A DNA stretch of 64,000 nucleotides from Deltaproteobacteria bacterium (lineage in GTDB: Bacteria > Myxococcota > Kuafuiibacteriia > Kuafuiibacteriales > Kuafuiibacteriaceae): assembly GCA_040218735.1 (NCBI GenBank), contig JAVJQW010000007.1, forward strand, positions 96,001 through 160,000, read 5' to 3'. Below the pieces are notes generated by a model. The model searched no databases, was not told the DNA's origin, and saw only the letters and a program-made list of their open reading frames with translations. The position numbers and the translations under genes are program-made. Each line of letters starts with the position of its first letter. Position 1 is the stretch's first letter. Below are positions 48,801 to 58,700 of the stretch, in pieces.

Positions 48801-51063
48801 CGGCGGCTGGATCGAGCGCAGCGAAGTGTTCGTCGAGCTTCGTCTTCGCGGCCTTCGACAGCGAGTCGGGGCGGCGCAGCGCCTTCATCCGCGGGTCGTC
48901 GGTCAGCGGGTAGTTCGTCCCGTCCTGCCGATACAATCGAACGTGCTCGAAGTCGACGCTGGCGGCCTTCGCCATCCGCGCGATCTGCGGGATCGTGTCG
49001 TCCAGCACCATGTTGTACGGGACCTGCGCGAGGAACGCCTGCGCTTGCGCCTGCGCCTGGTTGCCGTCGGGCAGCTTCCCATCGGCGGCGAGCTCGACGA
49101 TTCGAGCGACGGCCGTGAACGCACGCGCGTCACTGCCGTAGTGGTTGAACCAGCTGCTCGGGTTCCCGACGTTGTACATGTCGCGCGCGAGCGCTTCGTC
49201 CGACGCCTCGAAGAGCTTGGGGTCGCGCGCCTGGTACGCGGCGTTCGCGTCCGGGTGGTTGCCGAGCGGCTTTCCTCCCGGGACGTCGTACTGCACGACG
49301 CGCTGGCGCGGGACCTCGCCCATCGCCCCCGCGCGGAGCTGCGCGAGACGTGACTGTCCCGCCTTGAACGCGCCGACCTGTCCGAGCGTCACGCCGACCG
49401 TCGTCGACCAGTTGATGGCCTGCGCGCCGAGGCCGGCCTTCTCGACGAGGCGCGCGACGTGCGCCATCACATCGGCGTCGTTGACCAGCGAACCCTGGAT
49501 GCGCTGCTGCACGAAGTGTTGCAGGTAGGTCGCGTCGAACTGCCCCAGCTCGATGCCGCGCTCCCAGAGCTTCAGCACGCCGACCGTCCAGCCCTTGTCC
49601 TGCGCCGAGTCGTTCGTCGACGGGAAGTGGTACGGGGACTGGTAGGTCGAACGGACGTGCGCGACCGACGCGTCGTCGATCGCGAGCGCGCTCGCGTCGT
49701 AGACGCCGAAGCGCTGCTGTACGACCTGCGCGTTCGCGAGGCTCTCGGTCCCGGCGGGGCGCTTCCCGAGCTCGACGCGCACGCGTCCGCCCGCGGTGGG
49801 GAGCGGGCGACCGTGGAACTCGGTCGACTCGATCGCGTGCTCCGCACCCGCCGCGGCCATCGCGCGCGCGAGGACCGCCGCCGCTTCCTCGGTGTCGGGG
49901 AGGACCTGCGCGATGGCCGGCCAGTCGGTCATCGGCGCCGGGTTGCCGACCTCGGCGAGCCGGGCCCACAGGCGGAGCATCGCGACGCGCACCTCGCCCG
50001 TCTTCGGCTCACCGAGCCGGACCAGCCGGTTGTCGTTCATGAAGCTCTCGTAGTTCTGCCAAGTCTGGGCGAGCGACCGCACCGCGTCGTCGCTGAGCGC
50101 GAGCTGGTCGACCTGCCCGGCACGCGCCGCGTTGATGACCGCTTGGTTGTTTCCCGTTTGCGTCCCCAGGGCTTCGCTCCGCTCCACCGTGCTTCGACGC
50201 CGGGCGCGCTTCGACGTGGCCTCGGGTAGCTGCGGCCCCCACTCGGAGAGCGGCGCGCCGTGGAAGGTCACGTTCGCGGGGTCCTCACCGCGCGCCTTCA
50301 CCAGGCGAAGCGCGACGGAAGCGCCCTCGTCGGTCTTCGGGAGCCGCGCGAGTGATTGCGCCCAGTTCGTGACGTTGCACCCGTTCTGGTTCGTGAGGCC
50401 GAGCTCGTTGACGCGGGCGAAGATCCTGAAGTGCGCGATTACCGTCGGTTCGTCCCTCGCTTCCGCCAGCGCTTGCTCGAGGTTGTTCCACCAGGAGGGG
50501 GAGATCTGCGTCCGGATGGTGTCGTCGTCGATCGCGAGTTTGTCGGCGTTACCGCCCTGCCGCGCGAAGTTGATAAGGTTGGTCGCGTTGTCCGCGGTCG
50601 TTCCGAGCGCCTCGGCGGGCTCGGCTTCGAACGGTTTGACGAAGTCGACCGACGCGCGGAGCAGGTCCGCGAGATCCTCCGGCACCGAGACGTCGCCCAA
50701 GAACTCGGCGATCGCGCGGAGCAGCTCTGGGTGGTCCGCCATGCGGCGCGCGACCTTCAGAGACGGGTAGTAGTTGCGCAGCGACGCCTGCGGATCGATC
50801 CCGGTGTTGGCGACGCGACCGCCGAACGTCATCTTGGTCGACGCCTCGGCCCGCGCGACCTGGAGCAGCTTCTTCGCCTTCGCCAGCCCGACGTCGTGCT
50901 CGAGCTTCCCGGCCGGCTCCGAGAAGAAGAGCTGGCCGTCCGACACGAAGATGTCCCCACGGTCGGGCGTCGCGCGGACACGCGCCGCGTTCTGCGCGCC
51001 GTCCGTGCCTTCGAGTCGAGCGGTGGGTCGGGGGTCGATGCGACCTGGAATGGAGGTGGTCAT
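45889..51063 (-). CDS. Giant AAA+ ATPase with two tandem midasin/dynein-related (AAA_5) modules and novel N-terminal repeats (start may be 51090)
   Basis: Module 1: GPTSSGKT, LLLDEMNLA, FATMNP, AMRSRW. Module 2: GARASGKT, FVGDEFNLA, IAAMNP, AMQNRF. Confidence 0.92.
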   Translation of the reverse strand: MTTSIPGRIDPRPTARLEGTDGAQNAARVRATPDRGDIFVSDGQLFFSEPAGKLEHDVGLAKAKKLLQVARAEASTKMTFGGRVANTGIDPQASLRNYYPSLKVARRMADHPELLRAIAEFLGDVSVPEDLADLLRASVDFVKPFEAEPAEALGTTADNATNLINFARQGGNADKLAIDDDTIRTQISPSWWNNLEQALAEARDEPTVIAHFRIFARVNELGLTNQNGCNVTNWAQSLARLPKTDEGASVALRLVKARGEDPANVTFHGAPLSEWGPQLPEATSKRARRRSTVERSEALGTQTGNNQAVINAARAGQVDQLALSDDAVRSLAQTWQNYESFMNDNRLVRLGEPKTGEVRVAMLRLWARLAEVGNPAPMTDWPAIAQVLPDTEEAAAVLARAMAAAGAEHAIESTEFHGRPLPTAGGRVRVELGKRPAGTESLANAQVVQQRFGVYDASALAIDDASVAHVRSTYQSPYHFPSTNDSAQDKGWTVGVLKLWERGIELGQFDATYLQHFVQQRIQGSLVNDADVMAHVARLVEKAGLGAQAINWSTTVGVTLGQVGAFKAGQSRLAQLRAGAMGEVPRQRVVQYDVPGGKPLGNHPDANAAYQARDPKLFEASDEALARDMYNVGNPSSWFNHYGSDARAFTAVARIVELAADGKLPDGNQAQAQAQAFLAQVPYNMVLDDTIPQIARMAKAASVDFEHVRLYRQDGTNYPLTDDPRMKALRRPDSLSKAAKTKLDEHFAALDPAADVSHAQRRNAVLGMLAWDDERPELSELLPRVIDAIADGKLEPGSMSGVNIEAQLSIAENVLDAWPHVVVGPILLALTTRISPDRIQTALEREGVDEDSAKAWANVAGKLQGMSGEELRTTLAPFLSIRDEADFTSLPIRAALTGSEVTTKDLETLHDASAEADPVGLYEALLDEAAAAKEGSAKRKTIIDFLKAKADADEGALENLRAALRPETVALLAPEALSKVEGAVTAHIKAGVAKKDDAAKALVEGVLDGGKFADVEALARTALGQLYQADLANVLPLAQADQELGGVAAALFEAKRPFPEGTKTVTVAGVEVAENSRTDRDTRAVPRKQHSDLVMTRTTQLNLKLMAAAWRQKRPVLLEGPTSSGKTSAVRYLAYKTNSPYRRINLSYFTDVSDLLGKYVGGENRYSKPDLDKMSDAELAAVSEEYGVPEGASREVASDQILAAQLKPRWVDGPVIRAMKKGEVLLLDEMNLARPEVLERLNSLFDDDGNVVLTEHHNEVIAPDDNFRLFATMNPASYSGRARLSDAMRSRWNNVFAHGLTRSDLTQIMSTVYGSKLPTEEMAKLVAVHDNLSRLADEGEIGRQSGGVAFTLRNLFRAADRFVRYSGGELSDEAAMRREVEELYLGGLFDPEDVQTVKDILTAAMPYTGPDFYEDLELKEDKDTFTIGDVTLAKVNAEHALVPGESARLVMTKRTTQIMYRLAKALDMGENVAMVGARASGKTAMAKMFAMLRGQPYQRQLLSGSTDGMQLIGGYDDTGWKDGLLLDAARPENVPGVFVGDEFNLANPALLERLNSVLDDERKIVLAEKEGEEVRLHPQFRFIAAMNPPTKEYGGRSKLSKAMQNRFTMIAVPDLDEADEQKEILRALGKAKGVSEAITDTLVDLHMWIQSAYEDETLGKDMRERDRPVYSVRQLMNATNLVSEFSGELGPATAYLLAVQATYAASSHHEDNDVILEKAQEIAK

Positions 51064-51236
51064 CCTTAAAGCGCCTACATCGGATGACATTACGGCTGCG
51101 GAAAATTCGCAAGTGACCGCGGCTGACGATGTTTGAGCGGCGTATCCGCCAAGTGCGCGAAACGACTGGGCGGAGAAGTTGCTAGAAAATACGGCGCCTG
51201 AATACGTAGGACAACGGGCGCTGCGCGGCTGCGCGA

Positions 51237-52205
51237 TCAGGTGCGCTCGGCGGGTGACCCGTGGTCAGCCCACGTTCGCTCGCGGACGATGAAGATCGGG
51301 CGACGCTTCACCTCGGTGAAGATGCGATCCACGTACAGGCCCAGGACGCCGAGCGTGAAGATGATCGCGCCCGTCGAAAAGTTCAGCGACACCATCAGCG
51401 ACGGCCACCCCATCACCGGGCTGCCGTACACCAATGCGCTGAAGAACAGGTACGCGCCCCCGAGCACCGACAGACCCGCGAGCGCGATCCCCAACCCCAC
51501 GCAGAGGCGCAGCGGTTTGTTCGAGTAGGCGAGGATGATCGGGATCGCCATCCGGAACAGCTTGAGGAGTGTGTACGACGACTCACCCGCGTGTCGCGTC
51601 GCGTGTTCGACGTCGATGTACGCCTTCTTGAAGCCCATCCAGTTGAGGAACCCGCCGTAGAAACGCACGGCTTCTTCCATCTGCAGGAGCTGCCGCACGA
51701 CCTGCCGCGACACACACGAGAAGTTCGCGACGCTGCCGTCGTAGTTCAGGTCGGTGAGGTAGTTGAACGTGGCGTAGAACATCACGGAGCTCATCTTCTT
51801 GCTCCACTTGTCCTGACGCTGCGCGCGCCGCGCGAGCACCACGTCGAAGCCCTCCTGCGCCTTCGCGTACAGGCGCGGGATCTCTTCGGGGCGATCCTGG
51901 AGGTCGCAGTCCATCACCACGATCCAGTTCCCGCGCGCCGATGCGAGGCCCGCGGTGATCGCCGGGTGCTGCCCGAAGTTGCGCGACAGCTGCTGCCCGC
52001 GCACGCGCGGATCCTTCGCGGCGATCTCTTGGATGCGCGCCCACGAGTCGTCCGGGCCGCAGTCCTCCGTGAGGATGATCTCGAAGTCCTCGGTGATCGT
52101 CTCGAGGTTTTCGACGAGCCGGCGGTGCAGCTCGTCGAGGCACCCGGCGCCGGCGTAGACCGGCACGACGACGGAGATCTCCAGCCGGTCGTCGGGCTCG
52201 GCCAT
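51237..52205 (-). CDS. Glycosyltransferase family 2 (GtrB/ArnC-like polyprenol-phosphate glycosyltransferase)
   Basis: ISVVVPVY, LSRNFGQHPAITAGL, MDCDLQDRPE, two C-terminal TM helices, EVKRRPIFIV. Confidence 0.9.
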   Translation of the reverse strand: MAEPDDRLEISVVVPVYAGAGCLDELHRRLVENLETITEDFEIILTEDCGPDDSWARIQEIAAKDPRVRGQQLSRNFGQHPAITAGLASARGNWIVVMDCDLQDRPEEIPRLYAKAQEGFDVVLARRAQRQDKWSKKMSSVMFYATFNYLTDLNYDGSVANFSCVSRQVVRQLLQMEEAVRFYGGFLNWMGFKKAYIDVEHATRHAGESSYTLLKLFRMAIPIILAYSNKPLRLCVGLGIALAGLSVLGGAYLFFSALVYGSPVMGWPSLMVSLNFSTGAIIFTLGVLGLYVDRIFTEVKRRPIFIVRERTWADHGSPAERT

Positions 52206-52247
52206 CGCGATCCAAGTCTTAGCGGAAATGAGCGGAGCGTTCACGTT

Positions 52248-53555
52248 TTAGCCGTCCTCGCGCCGCCAACGGTCCCAGCCCAGGACGATGACGTACGCCG
52301 CAAACGCGCACAGGAACAGGTAGACCGGCTGGGAGTAGCGCGGCTCCGTGCTGTGCAGCGGAAGGAAGATGAGCGTGTTGTAGACGATGGGGATCGCGAG
52401 CCACGCGAGCCAGGAGCGCCGCCAGACGGAAATGAGCAGCCCCGCCCACCCCAGCAGAACGATCGCGCTGTTGATCGCGAACAGCGCCGCCTTGAAGACC
52501 CACCACGCGGGTGCGCCGTAGGCGAGGAAGCTCGGCCGGAAGCTGAACACGTCGAAGCGCGTGCCGAACCACATCTGCGGGGCGCGGTAGAGCCAGCGCC
52601 CGAGCACCGCGAACGGCTCTTCGCGGTAGCGGTCGAAAGCCAGCTTGCGCATCGCTTTGTCACGCGGCGCGTCCTTCAGCTTCAGCGCGTCCTCGACCTC
52701 CGCCTTCTCGTCCGGGGTGCGGAACGAACCCGCGGGGGGGCCATCATCGAAGCCGCCCTTCACGAGCCAGTCGCCGTTCGTCTCCCACGTCCCGATCCAC
52801 AGCCCCTGTCCGAGGATGCCCTTGCTCACCGGGATGATCTGTCCGGAGACGTGGTGGTTGCGCGCCGTCCACGGGGCGATCGCGAGGATCGCGCCGCACA
52901 CGAGCAGCGCCGCAGAGCCCAGCCTTCTCTTGAGTGGAATCTCCTCGACCCACCCGTGCACGAAGTCGAACGGGAGCAGCACCGCCGTGAACGGGATCAG
53001 CGCGAGGTACACGTCTCGCGTGAGCGCGGCGAGGCCGAGCAGCGCACCCATCCCGAGCCACGCCGCGCGGTGTTTCCACAGCACGGGGAGGGCGACCGCG
53101 GCGACGAGGAAGAACGTCGTCAGCGTCTCGGAGAGCATCGCGCCCGCGTAGACCGCGTTGGCGGGGACGAGCGCGCCGAGCCACAGCGTCCACCGCGCGA
53201 TGCGCGTGACGAGGAGCTCCACCGTCTTCGCGCAGAGGACGACCGTCGCGGTGCTGATCACGACCTGCGCGAGCTGCACCGCGAGCGGCGCGCGCCACAC
53301 GCGGTAGAGGAGCGCGACGAAGCCGGGGAACAGCGGCGGCCGGTAGTACGTCGGCGCGATCGGCGGCTCGAGCGACAGCGAGAACGTCCCGTGGTCGACG
53401 AGGTTCTTCGCGAGGTGGTCGTACCAGAAGCTGTCGCCGGTATCGAAGCGGTAGGCGACCAGCACCAACATCACCAGACGCACCGCGAGCGCGACGACGA
53501 CCGCGAGCCAGACCTCGTTCCGATCGAGCCGGTACTGGGGGCCGTACGCACGCAC
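52248..53555 (-). CDS. ArnT/PMT-like GT-C membrane glycosyltransferase
   Basis: DSFWY, RPPLFP, LSETL, PWTARN, EPRY; multi-TM. Confidence 0.8.
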   Translation of the reverse strand: MRAYGPQYRLDRNEVWLAVVVALAVRLVMLVLVAYRFDTGDSFWYDHLAKNLVDHGTFSLSLEPPIAPTYYRPPLFPGFVALLYRVWRAPLAVQLAQVVISTATVVLCAKTVELLVTRIARWTLWLGALVPANAVYAGAMLSETLTTFFLVAAVALPVLWKHRAAWLGMGALLGLAALTRDVYLALIPFTAVLLPFDFVHGWVEEIPLKRRLGSAALLVCGAILAIAPWTARNHHVSGQIIPVSKGILGQGLWIGTWETNGDWLVKGGFDDGPPAGSFRTPDEKAEVEDALKLKDAPRDKAMRKLAFDRYREEPFAVLGRWLYRAPQMWFGTRFDVFSFRPSFLAYGAPAWWVFKAALFAINSAIVLLGWAGLLISVWRRSWLAWLAIPIVYNTLIFLPLHSTEPRYSQPVYLFLCAFAAYVIVLGWDRWRREDG

Positions 53556-53561
53556 CGGTCG

Positions 53562-54548
53562 TTACCGGGCCCGGGCGACGATCAGGCGCGACGACCCCAT
53601 GGGGAGCGTGACGCTCGGGACACCGAGGAGCAGGCGCTCGGCCTGCATCACGCGGGACAGGACCGCGTTCGTGAGGCGACCGATCTCGAACTGCTTCATC
53701 ACGTCGTCGGAGGTCTTGGTCGTGGCGTCGTTCTTCTTGCGCGAGAGGAAGAGCGCGGGGAGCAGCAGGCTCATGAACGACGTGGTGTAGAGGATCTCGA
53801 AGCCGGCGCTCTCGACCTTCGCCTCGAGCGCACCCGGTTCGTAGCGGCGCTTGTGGCCGGAGAGCGCGTCGACCTCGCTCCACAGGAACTGGTGCTGCGG
53901 GACCGTGAGCATCAGGCCGCCCTTGGGCTTCACGGCGCGGCGGATCTCGGCGAGGACGGTGTCGTCCTCGTCGATGTGCTCGATGACGTCGAACGCGCCG
54001 ATGACGTCGAAGGCCTCCGCGAACGGGAGGCGGCGCGCGTCGACCTGGAAGAACCGCGCGTCGGGCAGGCGGGACTTCGCGAACGCGAGCCCCTCCAGGT
54101 GGATCTCACTTCCGTGCAGTCGGTAGCCGAGGTTCGTATCCGCGACGCCCGTCAGGACGAAGCCCGTGCCGCAGCCGATCTCCAGGAACGCGCCGCCCCC
54201 GGGGAAGTGCTCGGCGAGGCTCCGCTGGATCAGCTTGTTGCGGTTCACGAACCAGAAGTTCTCCGCCTCGACGCGCGCCAGCTCGGGGAAGAACGCGGTG
54301 TCGTAGCCGTCGTAGGTCGCGGCGACCTCCTCCGAGAACACGCCGATGCCGTCGGCGATTCGGTAGGTCGCATCGCAGGACGTGCAGCGGTAGCCACCGT
54401 CGGGTGCGCCGAGCGCGGCGCGACAGGCGGGGCAGACGAGGCCGGGCAGATCGGCGTTCACGACGCTCGATGGTGCCGGCGGGGCGGACTCGAATTCATG
54501 GCTGGGTGACGTCACGGCCTCGGCCCGTTCATCGGCCGAATGTTCCAA
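53562..54548 (-). CDS. Class I SAM-dependent methyltransferase with Trm112-like Cys motif (start uncertain)
   Basis: CPAC...CTSC, NFWFVNR, LEIGCGTG, FDVIEHI, TVPQHQFLWS...HKRRY. Confidence 0.87.
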   Translation of the reverse strand: MEHSADERAEAVTSPSHEFESAPPAPSSVVNADLPGLVCPACRAALGAPDGGYRCTSCDATYRIADGIGVFSEEVAATYDGYDTAFFPELARVEAENFWFVNRNKLIQRSLAEHFPGGGAFLEIGCGTGFVLTGVADTNLGYRLHGSEIHLEGLAFAKSRLPDARFFQVDARRLPFAEAFDVIGAFDVIEHIDEDDTVLAEIRRAVKPKGGLMLTVPQHQFLWSEVDALSGHKRRYEPGALEAKVESAGFEILYTTSFMSLLLPALFLSRKKNDATTKTSDDVMKQFEIGRLTNAVLSRVMQAERLLLGVPSVTLPMGSSRLIVARAR

Positions 54549-54668
54549 ATCAGTACAGCGCGTTTTCGCGCGTTGTACAGCCGTTCAGTCGCATTTCGAC
54601 ACACCTCCGCAGTGCGGGCCTTCCTCGGTTGAGCCCGATGCCCATTCGAGCTAAGGCCCTCGTGCCCT

Positions 54669-55757
54669 ATGAAACTCATACTCGAAGACGGAACCGAGCT
54701 CTCCGGGGACAGCTTCGGTGCGCACCGATCCGTGGCCGGCGAAGTGGTCTTCAACACCAGCATGACCGGCTACATCGAGACGCTGACCGACCCCTCGTAC
54801 CGCGGCCAGATCCTCGTGCTGACGTACCCGCTGATCGGCAACTACGGCGTCCCACCCGATCGTGAGGCCGGGGCGATGAACCGGCCGTTCGAGTCGAACG
54901 AGATCCAGGTCATGGGGCTGGTCGTCCAGAACTACGTCGACCACCACAGCCATCACGCATCGCGTCGTTCGCTGGCGGAGTGGCTCAAGAGCCAGAACAT
55001 CCCGCTCCTGTCGGGCATCGACACCCGCCGCCTCACGCAGAAGCTCCGCGAGAAGGGGACGATGCGCGGCTGGGTCGTCGCCGGCGGCAACGTCGACTGG
55101 GAGAAGAAGAACGCCGACCGCGTCGACATGCGCAAGGAGGTCTTCGAGCTCGTCGCGCCGAAGGAGACCGTCACGCACGACGGCAAGGGTGCGCACATCC
55201 TCCTCGTCGACGCCGGCTGCAAGGACAACATCTGCCGCTCGCTCCTCGAGCGCGGCGCGAAGGTGACCCGCGCGCCCTACCACGCGGACATCGTCGCGCT
55301 GGCGCAGGAGGCCGACGGGGTGCTGCTCGGCAACGGCCCGGGCGACCCGAAGGACCTCAGCGAGCTGATCGCCAAGGTCCGCGAGCTGCTCGGCACCTAC
55401 TCGAAGCCGATGATGGGGGTCTGCCTCGGCAACCAGATCCTCGCCCTCGCGGCGGGCGGCGACACCGGGCCGCTCAAGTATGGGCACCGCAGCGTGAACC
55501 AGCCCGTGCAAGATCTGTTGACGCGGCGCTGCTACATCACGAGCCAGAACCACGGCTACCACGTGCTCGACGAGTCCCTCCCCGACGACTGGGAGCCCTG
55601 GTTCGTGAACCTGAACGACGGCACCAACGAAGGTGTTCGCCACCGGAGCAAGCCGTTCTTCTCGGTGCAGTTCCACCCCGAGGCCTCCCCGGGCCCGCAG
55701 GACACCGCTTATCTGTTCGACGACTATCTCCGCCTCGTGGCGGCGGTGAGGAGCTGA
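54669..55757 (+). CDS. carA: Carbamoyl-phosphate synthase small subunit
   Basis: GEVVFNT, TDPSYRGQI, GIDTR, NGPGDP, GVCLGNQ, SQNHGY, QFHPE. Confidence 0.96.
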   Translation: MKLILEDGTELSGDSFGAHRSVAGEVVFNTSMTGYIETLTDPSYRGQILVLTYPLIGNYGVPPDREAGAMNRPFESNEIQVMGLVVQNYVDHHSHHASRRSLAEWLKSQNIPLLSGIDTRRLTQKLREKGTMRGWVVAGGNVDWEKKNADRVDMRKEVFELVAPKETVTHDGKGAHILLVDAGCKDNICRSLLERGAKVTRAPYHADIVALAQEADGVLLGNGPGDPKDLSELIAKVRELLGTYSKPMMGVCLGNQILALAAGGDTGPLKYGHRSVNQPVQDLLTRRCYITSQNHGYHVLDESLPDDWEPWFVNLNDGTNEGVRHRSKPFFSVQFHPEASPGPQDTAYLFDDYLRLVAAVRS

Positions 55758-55761
55758 AACC

Positions 55762-58700
55762 GTGTACGGCGCCTACATCCCCAAGAAGCCCAAGCGTGTC
55801 CTGATCCTCGGGTCCGGAGCGCTCCAGATCGGCCAGGCCGGTGAGTTCGACTACTCGGGATCGCAGTGCATCAAGGCGATGCGCGAGGAGCACGTCTACA
55901 CGGTGCTCATCAACCCGAACATCGCGACGATCCAGACGAGCGAAGGCTTCGCCGACAAGATCTACCTCGCGGCGGTGACGCCGGAGTTCGTGGAGCGGGT
56001 CATCGCGAAGGAGGAGATCGACGCGATCCTGTTGTCCTTCGGCGGGCAGACCGCGCTCAACTGCGGCGTCGAGCTCGACAAGCTGGGCGTCTACGACAAG
56101 TACAACGTGCGCGTCCTCGGCACGCCGCTCACTGCGATCCGCGACACCGAGGATCGGCAGCTCTTCAAGGACCGCCTCGCGGAGATCGACGTGAAGACCG
56201 CGCGGTCGTTCGCGGCGAACAACATCGAAGAGGGGCGCGAGGCCGTGAAGAAGATCGGCCTGCCGGTCATGCTCCGCGGCGCGTTCTCGCTGGGCGGCAA
56301 GGGCTCGGCGGTCGTGCGGACCGAAGAAGAGGTCGAGACCGCGCTCAAGCGCGCCTTCGCCGCCGTGCCTCAGGTGCTCGTCGAGGAGTACCTCGCGGGC
56401 TGGAAGGAGGTCGAGTACGAGGTCGTGCGCGACTTCCGCGACTCCTGCATCACGGTCTGCAACATGGAGAACTTCGACCCGATGGGCATCCACACGGGTG
56501 AGTCCATCGTCGTCGCGCCTTCGCAGACCCTGAACGACGAGGAGTACCACGTGCTCCGCACCATCGCGATCAAGGTGGTGCGTCACCTCGGGATCGTCGG
56601 TGAGTGCAACATCCAGTATGCGCTGGATCCGTTCTCCACCGACTACCGCGTAATCGAAGTGAACGCGCGTCTGTCGCGTTCGTCGGCGCTCGCGTCGAAG
56701 GCGACCGGTTACCCGCTTGCGTACGTCGCGGCGAAGCTCGCGCTCGGTTACACGCTGCCCGAGATCCCGAACGGCATTACGCGGCGCACGACGGCGTTCT
56801 TCGAGCCGGCGCTCGACTACCTCGTGTGTAAGTTCCCGCGCTGGGACCTCACGAAGTTCAAGGGCGCCTCGATGAAGATCGGCTCCGAGATGAAGTCGGT
56901 CGGCGAGGTGATGGCGATCGGCCGCACCTTCCCCGAGGTCATCCAGAAGGCGACGCGCATGCTCGACATCGGCGTGCACGGCGTGGACCCCGAGAAGTTC
57001 GTGCGCGAGGACCTCGACACGGCGCTCTCCGAGCCGACACCGCTGCGTGTCTTCCACATCGCGAAGGCGTTGAAGGAGGGTTACACGGTCGAGCGCATCC
57101 ACGAGCTGACGCGTATCGATCGGTGGTTCCTGCACGCGCTGTCGAACATCGTCGACATGTACAAGCGCCTCGACGGTTGCAAGGCCGAGGGCCGCATCGA
57201 CGCCGACACCATGCGGCGCGCCAAGGAGCTCGGCTTCTCGGACGCCGGGATGTCGATCGCGACGGGGATCAACCACAAGAAGATCCGCCGCGACCGCATC
57301 GAGCTCGGCATCACGCCGCACATCGCGAAGATCGACACCCTCGCGGCGGAGTTCCCGGCCGAGACGAACTACCTGTACTCGACGTACCACGCGACGGCGC
57401 ACGAATCGCCGACCACCCGGAAGAAGAAGATCCTCGTGCTCGGGTCGGGCTGCTACCGCATCGGGTCGTCGGTCGAGTTCGACTGGTGCTGCGTCAACGC
57501 GGCGAAGGCGGCGGAGGAGCTCGGCTACGAGACCATCATGCTCAACTACAACCCGGAGACGGTGAGCACGGACTACGACGTCTGCGACAAGCTCATCTTC
57601 GACGAGGTGAGCTACGAGTCGGTGCTCGACGTCTGGGACAAGGAGCAGCCGGACGGCGTCATCGTCTCGATGGGCGGGCAGGTTCCGAACAACCTCGCGC
57701 TGCGGCTCGCGAAGGACGGCGTGAAGATCCTCGGCACCTCCGCGGAGGACATCGACCGCGCGGAGGACCGTTCGAAGTTCTCGGCGCTGCTCGACGAGCT
57801 CGGCGTGGACCAGCCGAGGTGGACGCACCTCACGGACATCTCCAAGGTGGACGAGATGGTCGCCGAGCTCGGCGGCTTCCCGATCCTCGTTCGGCCCTCG
57901 TACGTGCTGTCGGGCGCGGCGATGAGCGTCGCGCACGAAAAACACGAGCTGGTGCGGATCCTCGAGCGCGCGAAGGCGGTCTCGAGCGACCACCCGGTGG
58001 TGCTCACGGCGTTCGAGACAAACGCGCGTGAGGTGGAGATCGACGCGGTCGCGGACAACGGCGAGATCGTGCTGTGGGCGATCAGCGAGCATATCGAGGA
58101 CGCCGGCGTGCACTCGGGTGACGCGACGCTGATGTTGCCGCCGCAGTCCATCTCGATCCCGACGATCCACAAGGCGCGCGGCATCGCGGCGGAGCTCGCG
58201 AAGGCGCTGAAGATCACGGGGCCGTTCAACGTGCAGATGCTCGCGAAGAAGGGCGCGGTGCGGGTCATCGAGTGCAACCTCCGCGCGTCGCGCTCGCTGC
58301 CGTTCGTCTCCAAGGTCACGGGCAACAACTTCGTGTCGGAGGCGACGCGCCGGATGCTCGGCGTGAGGAAGCCGGTCACGAACCACGCGCTGGATTTGGC
58401 GTACGTCGGCGCGAAGGTGCCGATGTTCTCGTTCCCGCGCCTGGTCGGAGCGGACCCGCTGCTCGGCGTCGAGATGGCGTCGACCGGCGAGGTCGGTTGT
58501 TTCGGCGACGACGCCAACGAAGCGCTGATGCACAGCCTCCTCGCGACGGGCTTCCGCTACCCGAAGAAGGGTGTGCTGCTCTCGCTCGGCCCGGTGTCCG
58601 ACAAGTACTCGTTCACCGAGGAGGCGAAGGTCCTCGCGGAGATCGGGCTGCCGATCTACGCGACGCCCGGCACCGCGGAGATGCTCGCGTCGGTGAACGT

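Noticed and set aside
44989-49353. 1454-aa plus-strand ORF, and similar long shadow ORFs (1305..3752, 13111..15948, 51261..54509, 55537..58533)
   Set aside because: Antisense or alternate-frame shadows of clear genes; Arg/Ala-rich with no motifs, as expected in high-GC DNA
42705-51063. CobS/CobT cobaltochelatase or NorQ/NorD, CbbQ/CbbO annotation
   Set aside because: The AAA protein is far larger with two modules and novel repeats; no cob, nor or cbb genes nearby
51064-51236. Sigma-28 promoter for the AAA operon (TCCGATGT)
   Set aside because: No convincing -35 element; cannot support a link to the FliA-family sigma
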